A stretch of DNA of 64,000 nt, from NCBI GenBank assembly GCA_017463105.1, contig JAFTPU010000013.1, positions 25,769 to 89,768 on the forward strand. The letters are read 5' to 3'. Of the stretch, positions 35,195-45,245 are shown in pieces. Numbering within the stretch: the first letter of the stretch is position 1; the number at the start of each line of letters is the position of its first letter. The stretch is from Clostridia bacterium (GTDB lineage: Bacteria > Bacillota > Clostridia > Christensenellales > Borkfalkiaceae). Position numbers and translations under genes: made by a program. The notes below the pieces were generated by a model. That model worked only from the letters and a program-made list of their open reading frames with translations. It did no database searches and was not told the DNA's origin.

Positions 35195-36147
35195 TGATAA
35201 TCTCCTTTCGCGATAACAAGCGCGGATACGTCGCCTATATTTTCATAAAGCTTTGCGGGTACGATCTCGCACACTGCCCCCGAAAAGGGCAGAAATTCTT
35301 TTTTCAAAACTTTCTCCGCGTGGGGAAGTAACAGATCGTGGCTACGCATAAACACACCGCCGACCACGATTTTTTGCGGATTGAAAAGATCGATGAGGAT
35401 ACTGAGCGTCTCACCGAACATCTCGCCGCTTTTTTTGAGGATCTTCTCAGCGAAAGGATCGCCTTTTCGGGCATATTCGGCAAGCGTTTTCGCTGTTACG
35501 TTTTCTTTGCCGCCGACCGTGTTCAAAAACTCGGGTACGACGCCTTTTTTCTCGGCTTTTTCAAGCTCGATAAGGGCAAGACGGCGGATGCCGCTTCCGC
35601 TGCAAAAGCCCTCGCAAGATCCCGCTTTGTTATACCCGACGGGTCCGTTTTTCCGCAGCCTTACGTGTCCGATCTCGCCCGCGTTGTCGTTTGTGCCGGA
35701 GTATAGCTTGCCGTTCAAGATCAGCCCCGCGCCCAGCCCCGTGCCGAAGGTCAGAAAGATCATATTTTCACAACCTTTCCCCGCGCCGTATTTCCATTCG
35801 GCGACGGCGCATGCGTTCGCGTCGTTTTGAAGATAGGTCTTTACGGCGAAAGCTTCCTCGAAATATCGTACGATCTCGATATCCTCCCAAAGGGGAAGCC
35901 CGGGCGGTTTTCGGATAACGCCCCGTTTGGAGTCGAGCGGACCTCCGCAGGCGATACCGATGCCTGCAATATCTTCCGTTTTTCTTTTACTTTCGATGAA
36001 CCTTGAAAAGAGGGATAAGATCGCATCGGGAGTTCTCCCCGCCGTGGGAAAGCTGATCTTGTCCTCAATCCGAAAGGAGTCGGATAGCGTTCCGATAACG
36101 GCGGCGCATTTGGTACCGCCGATGTCGAGTCCGATATATTTTTTCAT
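35191..36147 (-). CDS. ROK-family sugar kinase
   Basis: N-terminal IGLDIGGTK ATP-binding motif, a GEIGH region, and a Cys-rich ROK signature region GSCEGFCSGSG. Confidence 0.85.
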   Translation of the reverse strand: MKKYIGLDIGGTKCAAVIGTLSDSFRIEDKISFPTAGRTPDAILSLFSRFIESKRKTEDIAGIGIACGGPLDSKRGVIRKPPGLPLWEDIEIVRYFEEAFAVKTYLQNDANACAVAEWKYGAGKGCENMIFLTFGTGLGAGLILNGKLYSGTNDNAGEIGHVRLRKNGPVGYNKAGSCEGFCSGSGIRRLALIELEKAEKKGVVPEFLNTVGGKENVTAKTLAEYARKGDPFAEKILKKSGEMFGETLSILIDLFNPQKIVVGGVFMRSHDLLLPHAEKVLKKEFLPFSGAVCEIVPAKLYENIGDVSALVIAKGDYQ

Positions 36148-36165
36148 GTTGAACCTCGTTTTTTA

Positions 36166-38367
36166 TTAAGTTTCAGTTAAAAAGTATCTGGCTTTTCCGA
36201 ACGTTTTGACGGTCAACGCTCGTTTCCCGTCGGGAGAGCGTTTCCAACTGACGGATACCCCGTTGCCGTTTCGGATATAACTCCCTTCCGCATACTCGAT
36301 ATTTTTGAACTCGAGCGGGGAGATTTCGAAAAGGTTACAGTCGTCGCCGTTGGGGTTGATATTTATACCCAAGATATAGCGGTAGAACCAAGCGGAAATA
36401 TCTCCCCAAAAATGATGGTTTAGGGATAAAACGCGTCCGCCGTCTATGCGGAAAATACTGTTTTCGCGCAGTTCGTTAAAACCTTCCCAAAGCGAAGTCG
36501 CGCCGTGATCCAACCAATATTTATAGCTCGGAAATCCGTCTTTTGTCATCAGCTGGAGCGCGAGATCGCCGTGACTGTGCTGAGCAAGCACCCGAAACAA
36601 TACTCTTGCTCCAAGCACGCCGACGTGGAAGCGGTCGCTTTTTTCCTTAATCAGCGTAACGAGATTTTGCGCTGCCGCCGCGACTTCGTTTTCTCGAAAG
36701 ACGCCAAAGGCGATCGCTTGCGCCTGCGCCGTCTGCGAACGGCAGGAAACGAAGAGATCGGGAGTTAAATGATTTTTGCGGAACGACGATTTGAGAGAAA
36801 GGGCGAATTCATTGGCATAGCGTTCGTTTTCGCTATCGCTTAGAACGCGAAAGATAAAAGCGGATTTTTGGCAAAGATCGATCGAGATAAGCGTATCGCT
36901 GATTTCAAGCGGCGTAGAACAAATATCTTCGCGCGTCTGACCGCACTCGCACCAATCGGTCAGACCGAAAGCGATCAGACCGTTTTTCATGACCTTACTT
37001 TTCAAATAACGGAGATATTTCGCGATCGCGCCGCTATTTTCTTGCAGAACTTTGATCTCGCCCGTGAAGCGGTATATCTGATAGGGGAGTTCGACAAGAA
37101 CCATATCCCACGCGGGACCGCTGCCCCAATCGTAACCGAATTCGAAAGTGGGTACGACGGCGGGGAGCCGACCGTTTTCTTTTTGCGCGGCGCGGATATT
37201 ATCCAGCCAAACGGAAAAGCTGTTCGCGCAATCTAGATTGTACAGCATTTGTTCCGCGGATAACACGGCGTCGCCCGTCCAACCGTTCTTCTCGCGTTGC
37301 GGGCAATCGGTCGGAAAATAGAAAAAATTGCTGCGGTCGCTGTTCAGCGTGGCTTCTTGTAATCTGTTCACCGTTTCATCCGAACAGCGGAAGATGCCCG
37401 TCTGCGGGAGATCGGAGCTCAATACGAGCATATCGAGCGTAAGCTTTGGCGGCTCGCAAGAGGGAACGCCCTCTAAAAAAACGTAACGGAAACCGTGATA
37501 GGTAAAGCTCGGTTCAAAGGTCTCCTGTTTTCCGCTGCAAATGAAAATATCTTTTTGCGACAGTTCCCTGTCAAAGTCGGGCGTGCAGGTGTTTTTATTA
37601 TAGAAGCCGTGATTTTCCGTCAGAGTCTCGCAATGTCGGAGAATGATTTTTTGACCTTTGCTTCCTTTCAAAGAGAATCGGCAGATGCCCGCGGCATTTA
37701 CGCCGAAATCGAAAATGAAACCGCCGTCCGAGGGAAATACGGTTACGGGTGAAAGTTCTTTTATAACGCGCACGGGTTCGGCGGTGCAAAGCCTCATTTC
37801 GCCTTTTGGCGGCGCGGTTTGTTGTGCAAACGTCCAAGCGGAATCGTCAAAGCCGTACGTCGACCAATCGGGCTGTTCCAACCTCGCGTCGTAATATTCT
37901 CCGCAACGCAAATCGTCGAAGAAAATAGGAGAGGGGGCGGTTTTAAAAGACTTGTCGGAAAAGAGATATTCTTTTCCGTCGATAAGTAAAAGCAAAGAAA
38001 GCTTCGGCGCGCTGCGGAAAGAAGCTTTTTCAAACCCCCAAGGATGTCCGCCCATATTGTTTAAAAATCCGTTGCCGAGTATCACGCCGATCGCGTTTCC
38101 GCCCGATTTCAGCCAAGCACTTACGTCGTATTTATCGTAATAGGCATAGTGATCGGGGTTGGAAATATACGGTGCTAATTTTCCTTTTGTATGCTTTTGT
38201 CCGTTGATATAGAGTTCGTAAAAGCCAAGCCCGCAGATATACAGCTCGGCGGTAGAAAACGCGGGCAGAGTAAAGCTCTTGCGTAAATACGGCGCGTTTA
38301 CGCGGTCGTACAAGCGGCTGAAATTTTCGCCCGCCGAAATAAAATGTTTTTTAAGAATATCCATCAA
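36166..38367 (-). CDS. glycoside hydrolase family 78 (alpha-L-rhamnosidase-like)
   Basis: 733 aa. The N-terminal rhamnosidase-N pattern is present (LYICGLGFYELYINGQ...YDV...L..G.NAIGVILGNG), together with the GH78 hallmark DCPQREKNGWTGD. Confidence 0.8.
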   Translation of the reverse strand: MMDILKKHFISAGENFSRLYDRVNAPYLRKSFTLPAFSTAELYICGLGFYELYINGQKHTKGKLAPYISNPDHYAYYDKYDVSAWLKSGGNAIGVILGNGFLNNMGGHPWGFEKASFRSAPKLSLLLLIDGKEYLFSDKSFKTAPSPIFFDDLRCGEYYDARLEQPDWSTYGFDDSAWTFAQQTAPPKGEMRLCTAEPVRVIKELSPVTVFPSDGGFIFDFGVNAAGICRFSLKGSKGQKIILRHCETLTENHGFYNKNTCTPDFDRELSQKDIFICSGKQETFEPSFTYHGFRYVFLEGVPSCEPPKLTLDMLVLSSDLPQTGIFRCSDETVNRLQEATLNSDRSNFFYFPTDCPQREKNGWTGDAVLSAEQMLYNLDCANSFSVWLDNIRAAQKENGRLPAVVPTFEFGYDWGSGPAWDMVLVELPYQIYRFTGEIKVLQENSGAIAKYLRYLKSKVMKNGLIAFGLTDWCECGQTREDICSTPLEISDTLISIDLCQKSAFIFRVLSDSENERYANEFALSLKSSFRKNHLTPDLFVSCRSQTAQAQAIAFGVFRENEVAAAAQNLVTLIKEKSDRFHVGVLGARVLFRVLAQHSHGDLALQLMTKDGFPSYKYWLDHGATSLWEGFNELRENSIFRIDGGRVLSLNHHFWGDISAWFYRYILGININPNGDDCNLFEISPLEFKNIEYAEGSYIRNGNGVSVSWKRSPDGKRALTVKTFGKARYFLTET

Positions 38368-38472
38368 CCTCTCCTTAAAGGAATCTATTATACAAATAAA
38401 AACAAGAATGTCGATATCTTGGGTCGGAGTATTGAAAATTGCGAAAAAATGGGAGAAATCTCCAAGGGACCA

Positions 38473-39243
38473 TCATTGACCTTTGAGGTATTTCAAAGGG
38501 GATACGCCCGTGTGTTTTTTAAATGTTCTCGAAAAGTCGTATACGTCGGGATACCCCAAGGACAATGCGACGTTCGTTATGGTAACGTAGTCGCTTTTCA
38601 GCATTTCTTTCGCTTTTCTGATCCGTAAAGCATGTACGTACGTGATCGGAGATACGCCGAATATCTCGGTGAAAAGTTTTCGGAAATACACGGTGGATAA
38701 GCCTGTAAGCGCGGCAAGTTCGTCGTTCTTGATGCTCCGATTGTAGTTTTTGACGATAAAATCTACCGCGGGCGCTATTTTTTGCCGTTTGTCCGTGGGT
38801 TGGTATTTTTTCTGTTTATTCGGTAAAACAGCCAAAAGAAGGGAATATGCGTCCCGAAGGATCTCCGCGTTATACACGGAATTTTTTAATGTGAGTTTAT
38901 ATTCCAGATCTTTGTACATTTTCAGGATCTTTTCTCCGTTTTGAATGGGGAAATTGAAAATGGTATCGAAGGTCGCGTCGCATTCTAATTCCATCGTATA
39001 GAAGCGACCCGATTTCTTGCATTGCCATTCGTACGTGGAACCCTTGGGTAAAATCGTCATATTGTTTAAGTCCGATAAGTACGTTTTGCCCTTACAGGAA
39101 TAAACGGTTTCGCCCTCGTATTTGAGAATGACCGCCCATGCGGGACGGCTATGGTGTTTTGCCTTCATTCCGCTTTCGATGTGCATGGTGGAAACGGAAT
39201 GTATTTTCGTTATAATCAAATTTGACAAAATGTTTATATCCAT
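38473..39243 (-). CDS. AraC-family transcriptional regulator
   Basis: Cupin-like N-domain plus a C-terminal AraC HTH (LAALTGLSTVYFRKLFTEIFGVSPITYVHALRIRKAKEML). It is divergent from the amidohydrolase operon. Confidence 0.9.
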   Translation of the reverse strand: MDINILSNLIITKIHSVSTMHIESGMKAKHHSRPAWAVILKYEGETVYSCKGKTYLSDLNNMTILPKGSTYEWQCKKSGRFYTMELECDATFDTIFNFPIQNGEKILKMYKDLEYKLTLKNSVYNAEILRDAYSLLLAVLPNKQKKYQPTDKRQKIAPAVDFIVKNYNRSIKNDELAALTGLSTVYFRKLFTEIFGVSPITYVHALRIRKAKEMLKSDYVTITNVALSLGYPDVYDFSRTFKKHTGVSPLKYLKGQ

Positions 39244-39400
39244 CTTCTTTTCGATCTTTGTGTTTTATTGAATTAATTGTAGCATATAATCTTGCTCTTG
39301 TCAATATTGAATGAAAAATTGTAAATATTTATAGTATCAAATATGCTAAAAATAACATATTTGCTATTTACAACCCCGAACGTTTTGTGTATAATGCTAT

Positions 39401-40492
39401 TTGAAAGGAGGCGGGAGACGAAACGTGCAAGCATTCATTTTACGGGGTGGCAGGATCTTCGACGGGAACGGATTTTTCGACGGGGACGTGCTGATCGAAA
39501 ACGGAAAGATTTTAGAAATCGGTGCGGTAACGCAAGACGGTATACCAGAATTCGACGTTTCGGGTTGTATACTTTCTTCGGGACTGATCGACATTCATAC
39601 GCATATAAAAGGCGTTTCCTGCAAAGAATTCGGGTTTCCCATAGATATTGCCTGTATTCCTTTCGGCGTAACGGCGGCGGTAGACGCAGGAGGCGGACAA
39701 GGCGATTATGCGTTTTTGAATAGCCTTTGCGTCTCAAACGCGGTGTTCCTTCCGTTTTATTTAAAAGGGGACGAATTGGATCGAGACAAGATCGAGGAAG
39801 CCGTCGCGGCGTTCAAGGAAAAAACGCTGGGGATAAAGGTATATTTCGATCGGACGCAAAACCCGCAGATCGGGTTATCGCATCTTCGGCTTGCCTGTCG
39901 ATTTGCCTACTCGAAAAAATTAAAGGTCATGGTACATTGTGCGGAGTCGCCAAACGCTATGCTCGATATCGTAGAGACTTTGGGCAAAGGGGATATCCTG
40001 ACGCATTCGTATCACGGCGGTTGCCATACGATCGACGAAAACGATTATGCGGCGTATAAATCCGCGAAGAAAAGAGGCGTGATCATCGACGCGGGTATGG
40101 CAGGCGGCGTACATACCGATTTTTCGATTTTGAAAAAGGCGATCGAAAGGGGATACGTTCCCGATACGATCAGTTCCGACGTAACGCGGGCGAGCGCTTA
40201 TATTCGCGGCGGGATATACGGACTTCCGATGTGTATGAGCATTATGAGACGGCTCGGTATGGCGGAGAAGGATATTTTCAAGGCGGTTACGAATAACGCC
40301 GCATATGCCGTAGGCAGAGAAACGGAGTGGCTGTATATGAAGCTCGGCGCACCCGCTACTTTGTCCGTCCTCAAATACGGAGATACGGCGATTGATATTA
40401 CGGACAGGGCGGGGAACCGTGTGCAATGCGATAAAGGTTACGTTTGTAAAATGACCGTCGTGAACGGACAAATTTTATATAGAAATTTTTAG
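39401..40492 (+). CDS. metal-dependent amidohydrolase family protein
   Basis: GLIDIHTHIKG metal-binding motif, a later HCAE/H..H region, and an AGMAGGVHTDF region. The start is uncertain: TTG 39401 as listed, or GTG 39425 after AAAGGAGG. Confidence 0.75.
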   Translation: MKGGGRRNVQAFILRGGRIFDGNGFFDGDVLIENGKILEIGAVTQDGIPEFDVSGCILSSGLIDIHTHIKGVSCKEFGFPIDIACIPFGVTAAVDAGGGQGDYAFLNSLCVSNAVFLPFYLKGDELDRDKIEEAVAAFKEKTLGIKVYFDRTQNPQIGLSHLRLACRFAYSKKLKVMVHCAESPNAMLDIVETLGKGDILTHSYHGGCHTIDENDYAAYKSAKKRGVIIDAGMAGGVHTDFSILKKAIERGYVPDTISSDVTRASAYIRGGIYGLPMCMSIMRRLGMAEKDIFKAVTNNAAYAVGRETEWLYMKLGAPATLSVLKYGDTAIDITDRAGNRVQCDKGYVCKMTVVNGQILYRNF

Positions 40493-40529
40493 CCCAACGG
40501 CTTAAAAAAAGGAGAATAGAAAATAAGAA

Positions 40530-41513
40530 ATGAAAGCAGTACTTGTCAATGAAAACAAAGAGCTTGTCTGGACGGACGTTCCCGACCCGATCGTCTCGGC
40601 GGACGAGGTATTGATAGAGATCCACGCCACGGCGCTCAACAGAGCCGATCTTTTACAAAAGCAAGGGACGTATCCCTCTCCTGCGGGCTGGCCCGCATGG
40701 CCGGGACTCGAGGTCGCGGGGAAGATCGTCGCTATGGGAGAAAACGCAAAACAAAAAAGTTTGTTTAAGCTTGGCGACGCCGTCTGCGCGCTTGTCGGAG
40801 GCGGCGGATATGCGGAAAAAATAGCGGTACCTTATCAGCTGCTGATGCCCGTTCCGAAAAATCTGACGTTTGAAGAAGCGGCTTCCCTTCCAGAAGCGTA
40901 CGCGACGAGTTATCTCAATTTGTTTTATGAAGGACAACTCAAAGCCGGACAGGTGCTTTACGTAGCGGCGGGGGCGAGCGGACTTGCAAGCGCCGCGATC
41001 CCCATTGGCAAAGCGGCGGGCGCGTATGTGGTGACTAGCGTCCAGACGCTACAGCAAGCGGAAAAGATCAAAGACCTTGGCGCGGATTACGTTATTATAC
41101 AAGAGAAAGAGAGTATTCCGTCCGTATTCGAGCGATTGGAGAAAGAGGACCGTCCCGTCAACGTCTGTATGGACTGTTTGAGCGGCGAGGACCTGGGCAA
41201 AGCGATGCCGTATATGGCGCGAGGCGGTTATTGGGTGGTTATTTCCACGTTAGCGGGCATTGAAACGAACGTTAAACTCCGTCCTTTGCTTACGAAAGGC
41301 TTGCACCTGGTGGGAAGCATGCTCCGCAATAGAACGAACGAAAAAAAAGCGGAGATCTTATCGGGACTTGTGGAGAACGTATGGCAGTATATCGAAAGCG
41401 GAAAGATAAAGCCCTCGGTGTATAAGGTCTTACCCATCGAACAGGTGAACGAGGCGCAGGGCATTTTGGAGCGCTTCGAAAATACGGGTAAAGTAGTATT
41501 AAAGGTAAAATAA
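40530..41513 (+). CDS. NAD(P)H:quinone oxidoreductase (MDR/zeta-crystallin family)
   Basis: 327 aa with the medium-chain reductase pattern (NRADLLQKQGTYP, PGLEVAGKIV, AGASGLASAAI). Confidence 0.85.
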   Translation: MKAVLVNENKELVWTDVPDPIVSADEVLIEIHATALNRADLLQKQGTYPSPAGWPAWPGLEVAGKIVAMGENAKQKSLFKLGDAVCALVGGGGYAEKIAVPYQLLMPVPKNLTFEEAASLPEAYATSYLNLFYEGQLKAGQVLYVAAGASGLASAAIPIGKAAGAYVVTSVQTLQQAEKIKDLGADYVIIQEKESIPSVFERLEKEDRPVNVCMDCLSGEDLGKAMPYMARGGYWVVISTLAGIETNVKLRPLLTKGLHLVGSMLRNRTNEKKAEILSGLVENVWQYIESGKIKPSVYKVLPIEQVNEAQGILERFENTGKVVLKVK

Positions 41514-41522
41514 GGAGCAACT

Positions 41523-42341
41523 ATGAAAACGAAATTATCTCAATTACCTGCTCCCATTCTGGCGGGTGTAGTACGTGAAACGACGGCGTCGAGAGCGATC
41601 GCCGAGATCAAAAACTGCGTTTACGGCGGCGCGGGGATGATCGATTTGCATATGTCCTGTCTTGAAAAAACAGATACGGAGACTTTGAAAACGATCATCG
41701 ACGCCTCCAAGCTTCCGATACTCGCACTCAATTATAACGGAAAATACGATTGGTCGGACGCGGGGTTTTCTGAAGAGGAGCGCACAGACAGCTTTCTTCG
41801 CGCCGTCGCCGCAGGCGCGGCGGGTATAGATATGCAGGGCTATACCTTTCATCGCCCCTCGGTGACCGGATTTTGCGGGGAGGATAAATATTCTTTCACG
41901 AAGGGAAATCCGAGAGAAATCGTCACGGACGAAGGAGTGATCGCAAAACAATGCGAGTTCATCGAAAAGGTACATTCTGCGGGCGCGGAGGTCTTGTTTT
42001 CCTGTCATCCCGGGATACCGATGAATTGTCAACAAGTGGTCGAGCTTGCGTTGTTTTTGGAAAAACGCAATCCCAATATCATAAAGATCGTGACGATGGC
42101 GACGAACGAGGAGGAGATGATCGAGTCTTTTAAGACGATGACCGTATTGAAAAAAGAAGTTAAAACGCCCGTCAGTTATCACGCGGGCGGGGCTTTTGGA
42201 AATTTGTCGAGAATAATAAATCCCCTTCTCGGCGGTAAGATCGTATTCTGCGTGGACAGATTCTGTGCGGGCAGTACAATGGAACAGCTTGATCTGAAAA
42301 CGGTGAAATCCGTTGTAGATAATTTTAAAAAAATAATGTGA
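41523..42341 (+). CDS. type I 3-dehydroquinate dehydratase-like protein
   Basis: 272 aa. AEVLFSCHPG... and NIIKIVTMA align with the His and Schiff-base Lys regions of AroD-type enzymes. The similarity is by pattern only. Confidence 0.55.
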   Translation: MKTKLSQLPAPILAGVVRETTASRAIAEIKNCVYGGAGMIDLHMSCLEKTDTETLKTIIDASKLPILALNYNGKYDWSDAGFSEEERTDSFLRAVAAGAAGIDMQGYTFHRPSVTGFCGEDKYSFTKGNPREIVTDEGVIAKQCEFIEKVHSAGAEVLFSCHPGIPMNCQQVVELALFLEKRNPNIIKIVTMATNEEEMIESFKTMTVLKKEVKTPVSYHAGGAFGNLSRIINPLLGGKIVFCVDRFCAGSTMEQLDLKTVKSVVDNFKKIM

Positions 42342-42353
42342 GGTAAAAAAATC

Positions 42354-43103
42354 ATGAAAAGTTTTGAGGGCAGAACGGCGATGGTAACCGGTGCGGGAGC
42401 GAATATCGGTAAGGCGATCGCGCTTTCTTTTGCAAAGGAAGGCGCAAACGTGATCGTGTGCGATTACAAGGAAAATAACGCGTTGCAAACGGTCCGCGAG
42501 ATAGAAGAAATGGGCGGGACTGCCATGGCGGCGGTTTGCGACGTTCGCGATCGGGAAAAGATTTTTGCCTACGTGGACGAGGCGGTAAAGCGTTTCGGAA
42601 AGATCGATATCTTGGTGAACAATGCAGGCGGAAGCGCGGGGCTTCTCAATAAATTGACGAGATTTATCGACGCGGAACGGGAAACGTTGGATTTCGTTAT
42701 CGATACCAACCTGAAAGGTTCGATACATTGCGCGCAGGCAGTGCTCAAATACATGGTCAAGGAAAGATACGGCAAGATTATAAATATGTCCTCGATCGCC
42801 GCCGTATGCGGGCTTTATGACAGAGTGGATTATGCTGCGGCAAAGGCGGCAATGCTCGGTATGGCGAAAGCGTTGGCAATGGAGGTGGGCGAGTATAATA
42901 TCTGCGTTAACTGCGTTTCTCCAGGCGCGATCGGTCGGAACGGTGAAAAGTGGGAACACGTGACCTATATGGGGGCAAACGGCAGAAGCGGCGAACCTCA
43001 GGATATCGCGAACGCGGTACTGTTTTTAGCATCGCAGGACTATATCACGGGACAAAATCTTGTCGTCGACGGCGGTAGAACGCTCGGACCCGGTCACATA
43101 TAA
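42354..43103 (+). CDS. SDR-family oxidoreductase (FabG-like)
   Basis: TGAGANIGKA cofactor motif, NNAG, and a catalytic YAAAKAA (YxxxK). Confidence 0.9.
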   Translation: MKSFEGRTAMVTGAGANIGKAIALSFAKEGANVIVCDYKENNALQTVREIEEMGGTAMAAVCDVRDREKIFAYVDEAVKRFGKIDILVNNAGGSAGLLNKLTRFIDAERETLDFVIDTNLKGSIHCAQAVLKYMVKERYGKIINMSSIAAVCGLYDRVDYAAAKAAMLGMAKALAMEVGEYNICVNCVSPGAIGRNGEKWEHVTYMGANGRSGEPQDIANAVLFLASQDYITGQNLVVDGGRTLGPGHI

Positions 43104-43126
43104 GAAGCAGGGGCAGGGCATATACG

Positions 43127-44080
43127 ATGAGTAAGAAGAAAATTATTTGCCTTGCGCTTTTGACGATGCTTTTGTGGGGCTCGCTTTTCCCTATGGTAAA
43201 GCTGGGGTTTCAAGCGTACGAGATAACGAGTACGGGAGATATCTTGCTTTTTGCCGGGGTCCGATTCACCATCTGCGGCGTGATAATTTGTGCTTTTGCG
43301 CTCGGAAAAAACAGAAAAAATTTTATCCCTGTAAAATCTTCCGTTTTACCCGTTTTGTTGTCCGGACTGTTTGCGATCGTTCTGCATTATGCGTTTATGT
43401 ACATAGGTTTGGCGTATACCGACTCCTCCAAGACAGCCATTTTAAAACAGGTTGGCGTTCTGTTTTACGTCTGTTTTTCCGCCTTATTCTTTAAAAACGA
43501 CCGTTTGACCGTCGGAAAGCTGATCGGCGTGCTTTTGGGCTTTTCGGGTATCGTAGCGACGAGTATTTCGTCGGACGGGTTTTCGTTTCATATCGGCGAC
43601 CTGTTTATTATCGCGGCGTCCTTTTGTATGGTATTTTCCAATATCATCGGCAAAAAGGTGTTTCAAAAGGTCGAACCTATCACGGCGACGGGCTGTTCGC
43701 AATTATTCGGCGGGGTCGTGCTTTTGGCGATCGGATTGGCAATGGGCGGCAAAATGTATTTTGCCTTAGACCGATCGGCATGGATAATGGTTTATATTTG
43801 CCTTGCTTCCGTTTTCGGATACTGTATTTGGTATTCAATCGTAAAAAGCAACGAGCTTTCTCGGTTGTTTATCATCAAATTCGCCGAGCCTATGTTTGCG
43901 AGTATTATCGGCGCATTGGTTTTAGGTGAGAATATTTTCAAGATCCAATATATAATTGCGTTTTTGTTAATCGCACTCGGCATTTATATTGCCAATTATA
44001 AAAGTAAAAAAGCCAAAGGAACCGATAGGGAAATTAAAGGCGGTCACGAGGAAACGAAGGGTATGCAACCTGAAAAGTAG
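43127..44080 (+). CDS. DMT-superfamily (EamA-like) transporter
   Basis: 317 aa with ten hydrophobic segments in two EamA-like halves. Confidence 0.8.
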   Translation: MSKKKIICLALLTMLLWGSLFPMVKLGFQAYEITSTGDILLFAGVRFTICGVIICAFALGKNRKNFIPVKSSVLPVLLSGLFAIVLHYAFMYIGLAYTDSSKTAILKQVGVLFYVCFSALFFKNDRLTVGKLIGVLLGFSGIVATSISSDGFSFHIGDLFIIAASFCMVFSNIIGKKVFQKVEPITATGCSQLFGGVVLLAIGLAMGGKMYFALDRSAWIMVYICLASVFGYCIWYSIVKSNELSRLFIIKFAEPMFASIIGALVLGENIFKIQYIIAFLLIALGIYIANYKSKKAKGTDREIKGGHEETKGMQPEK

Positions 44081-44312
44081 ATGTTTTTTATATTTTTTGA
44101 CGCAATAAAAAAATACTTTTTCCTGTAAAAAAAACGGAAAAATGTAAAAAATATGATTTTTTTGCTCTTTTGTTTCAGCGGCAAAAAATTCGTCTTAATC
44201 CTTTATCGTTGTATTTTACATATTTATCGTTCTATATTGTATGGCATTATAAGGTGAAAAGTGTTAAAATAATAGATAGTTGAACAAAAGATCGAAAAAG
44301 AGGAGGCAGACA

Positions 44313-45245
44313 TTGAAATTAATGAAAAGAGTATGCATGATCTTTCTTGCTTTGGTGATGATGTGTTTCTGTGGCGGTTGGAGCGCGACGGGAAACGTCG
44401 AATTGAAGCACAGCGGTAAAAGCCGACTGGAGCTGAAAGTGGAATCGACGCTTTTGGAAACGGAATTTAAAGCGGCATTGCAAGAAAAGATCGATCTGTA
44501 CAATTTGCTTTCGGGCGATGACGATATGTGGATTGTCCGAGATGTCGAAAAGATCGACGGCGGCTATCAAGTGGAGATAAAGACCAGACTTCTCACCGCA
44601 ATCAAAGGCGTGGGAACGTGTAGGGCTAACCGATTCTCCGAGTTTGTGCGCGAGGGAAGCCTGAACCGAAAATCTTTGGAGGATTGGGAAAAAGGCAACC
44701 TTTATACTACCGTTTCGGTAGCGGTAGATGGAATGTCCGGAATGGTGGAGATCGAACGCGGACCCAAGAAAAACGGTATTTACGTCAAACCGAAAACGGT
44801 AGACGGGAAAGAAATTTCCGCGGCGGAGCTGATCGCGGCGGGAGAAAAAGCGGGGTCTAACGAAGAAGTTCTTCAGTTCATGTTTCTGAATATGGAGAAC
44901 GTGCGGTCGCTTACGCTTACCCTCCCCGGTGAGATCGAATACTATGCTGGCGAAGGCGTTACGCTTGTGGACGAGAATACGTTGGAGCTTCGTCCAGACA
45001 CGATCAAAGCGAACGTAACGCGTTACGAGCCGACTACAGGAGAGCTTATTTACGAAGCGGACAGAGAATTTTCTTCGGCGATCGGATACGTGGTGTTCCG
45101 TCAGAGCTTGTCTCCTCTGGAGATCACGGCGATCGTGATCGGGGTGACGGCTGTCGCGGTATTTGTAACGTGCGCGTTGATCTATTTCTACAAGCGGGGT
45201 AAGCAAGCGCAACGTAAGGATGCGGAAACCGGAGGAAAAGTATGA
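44313..45245 (+). CDS. hypothetical exported/membrane-anchored protein
   Basis: N-terminal signal-like segment (MKRVCMIFLALVMMCFCGG) and a C-terminal TM helix plus basic tail. AGGAGG lies at 44301-44306. The start is either TTG 44313 or ATG 44322. No family was recognised. Confidence 0.6.
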   Translation: MKLMKRVCMIFLALVMMCFCGGWSATGNVELKHSGKSRLELKVESTLLETEFKAALQEKIDLYNLLSGDDDMWIVRDVEKIDGGYQVEIKTRLLTAIKGVGTCRANRFSEFVREGSLNRKSLEDWEKGNLYTTVSVAVDGMSGMVEIERGPKKNGIYVKPKTVDGKEISAAELIAAGEKAGSNEEVLQFMFLNMENVRSLTLTLPGEIEYYAGEGVTLVDENTLELRPDTIKANVTRYEPTTGELIYEADREFSSAIGYVVFRQSLSPLEITAIVIGVTAVAVFVTCALIYFYKRGKQAQRKDAETGGKV

